DNA of 24,750 nucleotides, taken from positions 1 through 24,750 of IMG/VR virus record IMGVR_UViG_3300020042_003181; one strand, written 5' to 3'. The notes below the pieces were generated by a model that saw only the letters and a program-made list of their open reading frames with translations, made no database searches and was not told where the DNA came from. Made by a program: the position numbers and the translations under genes. Shown here piece after piece: positions 1 to 6,600 of the stretch. The stretch comes from a virus. Its lineage: Duplodnaviria; Caudoviricetes. Positions within the stretch are counted from its first letter, which is position 1, and each line of letters starts with the position of its first letter.

Positions 1-2
1 GC

Positions 3-119
3 TATGACCATATGAATGATGCATTGGGGTATATGGTTGATTACCTATTCCCAGTGCGCCGTGACATAGACCCTGAACTACTGATCCCACAAAGGTGGGG
101 ACATAGTTTAGCAAAATAA
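3..119 (+). CDS. terL: Terminase large subunit, C-terminal fragment (runs off the window start)
   Basis: Frame 3 reads YDHMNDALGYMVDYLFPVRRDIDPELLIPQRWGHSLAK*. DHxxDALxY matches the C-terminal nuclease motif of large terminases, and the ORF lies directly upstream of the portal. Confidence 0.85.
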   Translation, partial: YDHMNDALGYMVDYLFPVRRDIDPELLIPQRWGHSLAK

Positions 120-128
120 GGATAAAAA

Positions 129-1694
129 ATGAATATCATAGAGACGCTGTCAAATGAACTAAAACAACTGCTACAAGGCAATCTCTTGTATCAGACCTAT
201 TCACTACAATGGCAGTATCTGCTAGAATCATACATTGGTGGACAAGAATATCGCGATGCTGAACATCTCACACGCTATCAACTAGAAACAGATGGAGAGT
301 ATGCTGCCAGACTGAAAACCACACCCTTGGACAATCACTGTCAGTCAGTGATATCAGTCTACAATTCATTCTTGTTCCGTGAAGATCCCAAGAGAGACTT
401 TGACAACAATGGCATGACCTTTGAACTTGAAATGTTCTTGCGTGATGCTGACCTAGATGGTCGTAGCCTAAACGCATTTATGAAGGATGTGGCCACATGG
501 AGCTCAGTGTTTGGACATGCTTGGATCATGGTAAGCAAGCCCAATGTAGGTGCTACCACAGTGGCAGACGAGCAAGCACAAGGTGTTCGCCCATATGTGA
601 GTCTACTAACCCCAATGGTTGTGTTAGATTGGCAGCATCAACGAGCACCATCAGGCAAAATCACACTGCAATATTTACGCTATCTAGAAGAAACCACAGG
701 CGATCTACGTACAGTAAAAGTATGGACCCCTGACACCATAACTACCACAGTGATTGATACCAAAAAAGGTGTGTTGGTTGACTCCGTAACAGAAGTCAAT
801 GGCTTGGGAATGATCCCAGCTGTGTGTGTCTACAATGGTCGTTCAATAATCCGCGGCTTTGGCGTGTCAGACATTGCTGACATTGCTGATGCACAGAAAT
901 TTATCTACAACGCTACCTCAGAGGTAGAACAATCAATCAGAATGGATAGTCACCCCAGCCTTGTCAAGACACCTGAAACACAGGCAGGCATTGGTGCTGG
1001 ATCAATAATCCATATGCCAGAAAATCTAGATCCAGGCTTGAAGCCATATCTATTAGAGTTTGGTGGTGCTTCTATCAGTTCAATATATGAGTCTATCAAT
1101 CACACCATTGCCAGCATAGACAAGATGGCCAACACTGGTGCGGTTCGTGCCACTGAAAGCCGCACAATGAGTGGCATTGCCATGGAGACTGAGTTTCAAT
1201 TGCTTAACGCTAGACTCAGTGAAAAGGCAGACAATCTAGAATTAGCAGAAGAACAGATGTGGGATCTGTGGTTTAGATATCAAGGTCAACAATGGATGGG
1301 AAGCATTGAATATCCAGGTAGCTTCAACATACGTGATACCAGCAGTGAGATCCAGCAGTTGGCATTGGCCAAGAACACCGCCACTGATCCTGCAGTTCTA
1401 CGCAAGATTGATGAGCATATCCTAGAGTGGATGGGTGAAGAAAAAGAATATCTACCATTCATAGACCCTAATCCACAGCCAGGTAGAACGTATCCAGATG
1501 GTGAAGAGATCAATGCAAATCTTCCAGCAGCCTATCAACCAGCATCAAATCCAGAGGTTCCTGAAGGTCAGAACTGTGACAATTGTGCATACTACAAGCC
1601 AGGTGAGATGTATTGCACCAAGTTTGACGCACCAGTTCGTGCAGTCTACTGGTGTGCCAAGTGGGAGCCGTATGAAGAAGAGGAAGTAGTTTGA
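129..1694 (+). CDS. Portal protein with a C-terminal Cys-rich (HiPIP-like) extension
   Basis: 521 aa following terL, with RBS AAGGA. Portal-like segments DADLDGRSLNAFMKDVATWSSVFGHAWIMV, NGLGMIPAVCVY, GVSDIADIA and SGIAMETEFQLLNARLSEKADNLELAE. Confidence 0.9.
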   Translation: MNIIETLSNELKQLLQGNLLYQTYSLQWQYLLESYIGGQEYRDAEHLTRYQLETDGEYAARLKTTPLDNHCQSVISVYNSFLFREDPKRDFDNNGMTFELEMFLRDADLDGRSLNAFMKDVATWSSVFGHAWIMVSKPNVGATTVADEQAQGVRPYVSLLTPMVVLDWQHQRAPSGKITLQYLRYLEETTGDLRTVKVWTPDTITTTVIDTKKGVLVDSVTEVNGLGMIPAVCVYNGRSIIRGFGVSDIADIADAQKFIYNATSEVEQSIRMDSHPSLVKTPETQAGIGAGSIIHMPENLDPGLKPYLLEFGGASISSIYESINHTIASIDKMANTGAVRATESRTMSGIAMETEFQLLNARLSEKADNLELAEEQMWDLWFRYQGQQWMGSIEYPGSFNIRDTSSEIQQLALAKNTATDPAVLRKIDEHILEWMGEEKEYLPFIDPNPQPGRTYPDGEEINANLPAAYQPASNPEVPEGQNCDNCAYYKPGEMYCTKFDAPVRAVYWCAKWEPYEEEEVV

Positions 1695-2065
1695 AACTCA
1701 AGCACAGTGAAATACGTGACTGGAGAATAAGACAGCTGGGCATACAGGATTACACCTGTGCCTTGTGTGGTGATATCATTGAACCCACAGAAGCTGTGTT
1801 GGATCATGATCACAAATCAGGCTTATTAAGGCAAGTGCTCCATAGGGGCTGTAATTCAATGTTAGGCAAGATAGAAAACAACACCGCAAGATCAAGGATG
1901 ACACCTCAAAGACTAAAAGTGTTTGCACAAAATCTCATAGAGTATATAACAACATCACACACTGAGGTCAGACATCCCACACATAAAACCAAAGAGGAGA
2001 GAGCGATGATGAAAAAAGCAATGGGCAGAGGCCGTGGACGAGGCAAGAAGCCACCAAAGCGTTAA
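1691..2065 (+). CDS. Endonuclease VII-family (His-Me finger) nuclease
   Basis: CALC...VLDHDHKSGLLRQVLHRGCNSMLG matches the T4 endo VII pattern CxxC...DHDH..G..R..L...CN..LG. The TTG start overlaps the portal TGA. Confidence 0.85.
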   Translation: MKLKHSEIRDWRIRQLGIQDYTCALCGDIIEPTEAVLDHDHKSGLLRQVLHRGCNSMLGKIENNTARSRMTPQRLKVFAQNLIEYITTSHTEVRHPTHKTKEERAMMKKAMGRGRGRGKKPPKR

Positions 2066-2387
2066 TTGGCTTGAATACTTTGAGAGCATTCAACGAGAGT
2101 GTCCTTGGAGCCTGGCAGCATACAAACGTGACCTAATTGACATAGTTGATTGGGTTCCAGGCAAGTCTATCGCAGGGCTTGGTCAGTATTCTGCTAGGAT
2201 GTATGTCATGGACTATCCTGACAGCATTATTGAAGCCATGGCCACAGAATTAGACACACAGGATGTTCTTTGTGAGTGGTTGTTTTCATATCCAGGATAT
2301 GGAGACTTTGCCACACCAGTAAAAGTATTGATCCAGCAGAACCGCAAAGAATTAAACACCATAAGATCAAAACTGGCTGAGGACTAA
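2034..2387 (+). CDS. Hypothetical protein (CPWS motif)
   Basis: 117-aa ORF filling the gap between the nuclease and the scaffold promoter. GTG start is uncertain and no family was recognised with confidence. Confidence 0.7.
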   Translation: MDEARSHQSVNWLEYFESIQRECPWSLAAYKRDLIDIVDWVPGKSIAGLGQYSARMYVMDYPDSIIEAMATELDTQDVLCEWLFSYPGYGDFATPVKVLIQQNRKELNTIRSKLAED

Positions 2388-2431
2388 AAGTCTCAAGATA
2401 ACTACATAACACAGCATTTCAGGTGAGATGC

Positions 2432-2439
2432 TATAAATA
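2432..2439 (+). promoter_or_regulatory. T4-type late promoter motif TATAAATA upstream of scaffold/capsid operon
   Basis: Exact TATAAATA in the intergenic gap, 32 nt before the scaffold ATG. No TTGACA-like -35. Preceded by inverted repeat AGCATTTC/GAGATGCT (2413-2432). Confidence 0.7.
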
Positions 2440-2471
2440 ACATATTAAACACTCCAAGGAGGCGATGTACA

Positions 2472-3155
2472 ATGTCAGACAATACATTGGTAACAGACAA
2501 CGCAACTGATGCGGCAACTGAACAAACTGAAAATCAGGCACAAGCGACAAAAACTTATAGTCAGCAAGAAGTAGACAACATGATGGCCCGTATGAAAGGG
2601 TCGTTGGAAAAGAAACTCTTGAAGCCCTATGAAGACTTAGGCGACCCTGTTGAACTTAGACAACTTCGTGAAGAAGCTGCCAAGAAACAGCAAGCAGAAG
2701 CAATCAAGCGTGGGGAGTTTGAAAAGACACTACAAGAATTAGCCGCAAAAAAAGATGCTGAAATCTCTAAGAGAGATAGTGTCATTAAAGAATACAAAGT
2801 GAATGTGCCTATTCTATCAGCCGCTGCCAAATATAATGCGGTAAATGCTGAACAGGTTAAGGCTCTACTCTCAACAAATGTAAGACTTAATGATAATGGT
2901 GATGTAGAAGTAGTAGATGCAAAGGGAAGTGTCCGTTACAATGACAAAGGTGAAGGCCTTGGCGTTGAGGACCTAGTGCGAGAATTCTTAGATTCCAATC
3001 CGCATTTCAAACTTGCTAACCCTACAACTACAAATTCCAAAAGCAATATTGTAAACAAGGCGAATGCTCCATTAGACGTGTCTAAATTAGATATGAACAA
3101 TCCAGAACATCGTGCCTTGTATAGAGAACATAGAAAGACACAGGGTCTTTCCTAA
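2472..3155 (+). CDS. Capsid scaffolding protein
   Basis: Acidic/Thr-rich N-terminus, KTYSQQEVDNMM motif and long charged coiled coil. Strong RBS AAGGAGG. Lies immediately before the capsid gene. Confidence 0.85.
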   Translation: MSDNTLVTDNATDAATEQTENQAQATKTYSQQEVDNMMARMKGSLEKKLLKPYEDLGDPVELRQLREEAAKKQQAEAIKRGEFEKTLQELAAKKDAEISKRDSVIKEYKVNVPILSAAAKYNAVNAEQVKALLSTNVRLNDNGDVEVVDAKGSVRYNDKGEGLGVEDLVREFLDSNPHFKLANPTTTNSKSNIVNKANAPLDVSKLDMNNPEHRALYREHRKTQGLS

Positions 3156-3175
3156 CTTAACTAAAGGAGTCTTAA

Positions 3176-4036
3176 ATGACTATTACTAACACAACAACCC
3201 TCAACGACCTATTGCCAAGTATCGTTGCAGAAGCATTATTCGTGGCCAGCGAGAAGTCTATCATGCGTGGACTTGTTCGCAACTACACATTGTCAGCAGG
3301 CCAAGGTAAGACTGTTACAGTTCCTATCTATCCCAAGCAGACAGCGGCAGCATTGACTGAAGGAACTGCACCTAGTTTCACAGCAATCTCTACAGATGGT
3401 GCTACACTAACTGTATCAGAAGTTGGTCTAACTGCACAGATCAGTGACTTGGCTATTATGGCTTCTAGTTCTAATGTTATCAGTGACATTGGTCGTTTGT
3501 TTGGCGAAGCAATTGCTCGCAAGATGGACACAGACTTGTTGGCCTTGGCTAACAGTTTATCAGTAACAGTTGGTGGCGTAAGCACTGCCGCTACACCAGC
3601 ATTGATTTTCCAGGCCATCGCTAAACTACGCAGCCAAGGTTACGATACAGCCAATGATTGTGCTATCGTTCTACACCCTAATGTGGCCTATGATGTTGCC
3701 AGCGTTTTAACATCTACTTTTGCCGCTCCTGCGTCAATGGTTGGTAATGACGCATTGCGTAATGGCTTTATGGGTATGTTAGGTGGTGTTCCAGTGTATC
3801 AAAGCAGTTTAGTTGCTCAGTCAACAGCTTCTTCAAATGCAACTGGTGACTATGCTAACTTGATTATGCACCGTGATGCATTTGGTCTAGCAATGATGCA
3901 AGACATCAAGATTGAATCACAGCGCGAAGCAACCAAGCGTGGCTTTGACCTAGTTGGTTCAGCAATCTATGGTGTTGGTGAATTGTATGATGCTGCTGGC
4001 GTATGCGGAATATTTGATTCCAGCATTGAAGCATAA
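3176..4036 (+). CDS. Major capsid protein (HK97 fold)
   Basis: 286 aa, RBS AAGGAG. Motifs GKTVTVPIY, LTEGT, GEAIARKMDTDLL, IVLHP and GMLGGVPVYQSS are typical of phage major capsid proteins. Confidence 0.92.
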   Translation: MTITNTTTLNDLLPSIVAEALFVASEKSIMRGLVRNYTLSAGQGKTVTVPIYPKQTAAALTEGTAPSFTAISTDGATLTVSEVGLTAQISDLAIMASSSNVISDIGRLFGEAIARKMDTDLLALANSLSVTVGGVSTAATPALIFQAIAKLRSQGYDTANDCAIVLHPNVAYDVASVLTSTFAAPASMVGNDALRNGFMGMLGGVPVYQSSLVAQSTASSNATGDYANLIMHRDAFGLAMMQDIKIESQREATKRGFDLVGSAIYGVGELYDAAGVCGIFDSSIEA

Positions 4037-4049
4037 TTAGGAGAATAAC

Positions 4050-4559
4050 ATGGCCTTCGTAATAGAATCATCAACAGTGATTAGTTTTGCGGAGTTTCAA
4101 GACGTCGTGAATAAAGATCAACGACTGTTTGAAGCTAATGAAGGCCTTTCTGACGATGCAATTGAACAACAATTGATCAGAGCCACGGATCGCATTTTAT
4201 CCAAATTGCGAGCCAGTGCTTGGTGGAGAAGTTATTACATCAAGCGTGACGCATCCATAGTATATAATACCGTGGCAGACGTCCCAGCTTTGGATCCAGA
4301 TAGAATCATAGCACGTGAAAGTGATTTCACAGACCTATGTGTGTTCACTGCATTGGCAGAATATATCCTTCCATCAATAGCGGATTTTGGTAATCAAGAC
4401 AGTGCAGAACGCCAGAAGATGGCCTACTACACACAACGAGCAGAAAGTTTGTTTGGTGAATTAATTACAGCTGGTGATTGGTATGACTTTGATGACAGCG
4501 GCACAATCGCAAGTTCTGAAAAGTCACCAGGCCAGTTTAACTTAAAGAGAGTTAGATGA
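4050..4559 (+). CDS. Putative head-tail adaptor / head completion protein
   Basis: Position directly after the capsid gene, 169 aa, helical and acidic, RBS AGGAG. Assignment rests on synteny. Confidence 0.6.
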   Translation: MAFVIESSTVISFAEFQDVVNKDQRLFEANEGLSDDAIEQQLIRATDRILSKLRASAWWRSYYIKRDASIVYNTVADVPALDPDRIIARESDFTDLCVFTALAEYILPSIADFGNQDSAERQKMAYYTQRAESLFGELITAGDWYDFDDSGTIASSEKSPGQFNLKRVR

Positions 4560-4951
4560 GAGCTTCAGTAATTGATTACTTGCAGACCCTGAGTCTAGGC
4601 AGTTTCATTGTTAGCAGTGAATTGCCTCTCAGTGAAAGCGGTGTGCCACTATACATCAAGAACTTGAAAAAGATCTATGTAGATGTGGATCAATCTACTT
4701 CAGAGAGTCTAATACGAACTTTGAGTGGTGTTAATATCACTAGAGATACTATCACTGTGGTTGTGTATTTTGCCAATGATGCCAAAACCATACCACCAAA
4801 CTATGATGAAGTTGTTGAATTTGTTAGAACTGCCAAAGACATTCTACCTACTACCAGTGGTTTCACCAGTAGAGAAGTAGATGTCAGCACCAGTTTTGAC
4901 ACAGACAAACTCATCACAGAAATAGAATTGCGATACATTAAACTAACATAA
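4556..4951 (+). CDS. Putative tail terminator / neck protein
   Basis: 131 aa, ATGA overlap with the previous gene, directly upstream of the major tail gene. Assignment rests on synteny. Confidence 0.55.
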   Translation: MRASVIDYLQTLSLGSFIVSSELPLSESGVPLYIKNLKKIYVDVDQSTSESLIRTLSGVNITRDTITVVVYFANDAKTIPPNYDEVVEFVRTAKDILPTTSGFTSREVDVSTSFDTDKLITEIELRYIKLT

Positions 4952-4962
4952 GGAGCCACACC

Positions 4963-5481
4963 ATGGCGTATATTAATCCAGGACCAGGCACATCAAGTCA
5001 AATTGTTCTATCAATTGACACAACTGCCAGTTCTACAATTACAGGCACAGCGCCTGTGACAGCAATTGCTTTAAGCGCAACACCGTTGGTAGTCCCAGCA
5101 ATCCAAGACGTAACTGTTAACGCAGCCAACGATATTTTTACTTGGAGTCAACTAGACAGCAGTGCTAAACAGCAGGTAGCAACAACTTCTACAAATTCAT
5201 TAAGCATGAACATTGTGGTTGATGATACTACTTTCTTTGGCACCACTATCACCGCTGCTCAGTCAGGTACAGTTGCAGAACAAGGCCTATTAGGTCTAAG
5301 CCGCAACAAAACACCAATTTGCTTTACACTGAAGATGCGTGAAAATTCATCTACAGATAGAGTAATCAAAGGACAAGGCTTTATCACTGGTCTTGCACCA
5401 ACAGTATCAGCAGATGCACCTGTATGGGTATCACCTATCACTATCACAGTGACAGGCGAATACTTGGTTGCTACTTCCTAA
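4963..5481 (+). CDS. Major tail tube protein
   Basis: 172 aa, Thr/Ser beta-rich, C-terminal GQGFITGLAPTVSADAPVWVSPITITVTGEY typical of siphovirus tail tubes. RBS AAGGAG, followed by a terminator. Confidence 0.8.
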   Translation: MAYINPGPGTSSQIVLSIDTTASSTITGTAPVTAIALSATPLVVPAIQDVTVNAANDIFTWSQLDSSAKQQVATTSTNSLSMNIVVDDTTFFGTTITAAQSGTVAEQGLLGLSRNKTPICFTLKMRENSSTDRVIKGQGFITGLAPTVSADAPVWVSPITITVTGEYLVATS

Positions 5482-5516
5482 GTAATACCTGGGAGCGAAC
5501 TATCGTAAGATAGACT

Positions 5517-5546
5517 GAAAGGGGGCGTAAAAACCCCCTTTCTTTT
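5517..5546 (+). terminator. Rho-independent terminator after major tail gene
   Basis: GAAAGGGGG (5517-5525) pairs perfectly with CCCCCTTTC (5534-5542), followed by TTTT. Confidence 0.85.
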
Positions 5547-5553
5547 ATGCTTA

Positions 5554-5561
5554 ACTAAATA
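5554..5561 (+). promoter_or_regulatory. Late-promoter-like ACTAAATA immediately after the terminator
   Basis: TAAATA core at 5556-5561, placed to re-initiate transcription of the chaperone/tape measure/tail-tip genes. Confidence 0.55.
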
Positions 5562-5577
5562 CAAAGGTAAAAGATTT

Positions 5578-5751
5578 ATGGATATTTTAGATTCAAAGTC
5601 AGACAGTGAATTGCTTCAAAGTCTGATTGCAGAGATTGCCAAATGCACTAATGAAATAAAGTGTGCCAAGGGTGATATAGAAAAAGCTCAGAGCAGACTG
5701 AAATTTATTTTAGTAGTTGCTCATACAATGATACATAGACAAAAGGATTAA
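5578..5751 (+). CDS. Small hypothetical coiled-coil protein (57 aa), absent from ORF track
   Basis: ATG 5578 to TAA 5749-5751 gives MDILDSKSDSELLQSLIAEIAKCTNEIKCAKGDIEKAQSRLKFILVVAHTMIHRQKD. It fills the gap exactly, ending 3 nt before the next ATG. Confidence 0.75.
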   Translation: MDILDSKSDSELLQSLIAEIAKCTNEIKCAKGDIEKAQSRLKFILVVAHTMIHRQKD

Positions 5752-5754
5752 CAG

Positions 5755-6051
5755 ATGAAACTTTCCCAAATTGCAGCCAAACCCAAACTTATAGTATTCT
5801 CTCTTGACGATGAAGCCACGGTCAAAGAATACGGCGAACCAGTTGAATTTTATTCCTGGGACCGCCAACCTCTTGATATCTTTATGCGATTAGCCAATGC
5901 AGATCAGCAGAATCTTGTAGAAATGATCACATTGGTCAAGACATTGATATTAGATGAAGAAGGCAAAGAAATTATCAAAGATGATAATATGTTGCCCAGC
6001 AATCTTTTAATCAAAGTCATTGCCAAGGTTGTTGAAACTCTGGGAAAGTAA
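5755..6051 (+). CDS. Tail assembly chaperone (gpG-like)
   Basis: 98 aa between tail tube and tape measure genes. Ends CTG GGA AAG TAA, containing the slippery heptamer G GGA AAG. Confidence 0.85.
   Translation: MKLSQIAAKPKLIVFSLDDEATVKEYGEPVEFYSWDRQPLDIFMRLANADQQNLVEMITLVKTLILDEEGKEIIKDDNMLPSNLLIKVIAKVVETLGK
6042..6048 (+). other. Programmed -1 ribosomal frameshift site GGGAAAG
   Basis: Same heptamer as the lambda G-T site, in the correct phase just before the stop. The -1 frame is open from 6042 to 6302. Confidence 0.85.
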
Positions 6052-6302
6052 TTGGGCAAGACGTTGAATGGGACAGCACTGACACCAGTTTGATGCTGAC
6101 TCTCAACAATCTCGCCAAGGAATATGGGTTGTTGCCCAGCGAGGCCCTGAGCAGAGCAACAACATTTGATTTATATGTGTTGGATTTATCAGCAAGATAT
6201 TTCAGACACAAGCAGGATCAAGCAGACGGCAAGGTCAGTAAGTTAGATAAAACCTACAGCAACGATGAATTGTTAGAAATGCTACAGAATGCAAGGAGAT
6301 AA
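6042..6302 (+). CDS. Tail assembly chaperone frameshift extension (gpT-like part of gpGT)
   Basis: The -1 frame reads GKVIGQDVEWDSTDTSLMLTLNNLAKEYGLLPSEAL...NARR*, in frame with track ORF 6090..6302, which lacks a good RBS. Confidence 0.8.
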   Translation, partial: GKVIGQDVEWDSTDTSLMLTLNNLAKEYGLLPSEALSRATTFDLYVLDLSARYFRHKQDQADGKVSKLDKTYSNDELLEMLQNARR

Positions 6303-6308
6303 CACACC

Positions 6309-6599
6309 GTGAAGACCAATATAAGAATGACTCAGAATACTATGACCAAGAGTCTCAAAGATCTTGAAGCAAGGATCTCTTCAATACCTGCCAAGGCCTA
6401 TGAGTATTTTGTCAGTCAAACACCCATAGACAAAGGCAATGCTCGTCGTCGCACTGTGCTGAAAAACAATACCATACACGCTGATTATGCCTACGCTCAA
6501 GCATTGGATCAAGGCAGTAGCAAACAAGCACCCAAGGGCATGAGTGAGCCCACAGAGAAATATGTTGCCACAATCACTAAACAAATGTTGAGGAAATAA
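6309..6599 (+). CDS. HK97 gp10-like tail completion/neck protein
   Basis: TPIDKGNARR and YAQALDQGSSKQAPKGM resemble the gp10-family motifs TPVDTGxLR and YAxxxExGxSxQAPxG. RBS AAGGAG with GTG start. Confidence 0.7.
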   Translation: MKTNIRMTQNTMTKSLKDLEARISSIPAKAYEYFVSQTPIDKGNARRRTVLKNNTIHADYAYAQALDQGSSKQAPKGMSEPTEKYVATITKQMLRK

Positions 6600-6600
6600 T

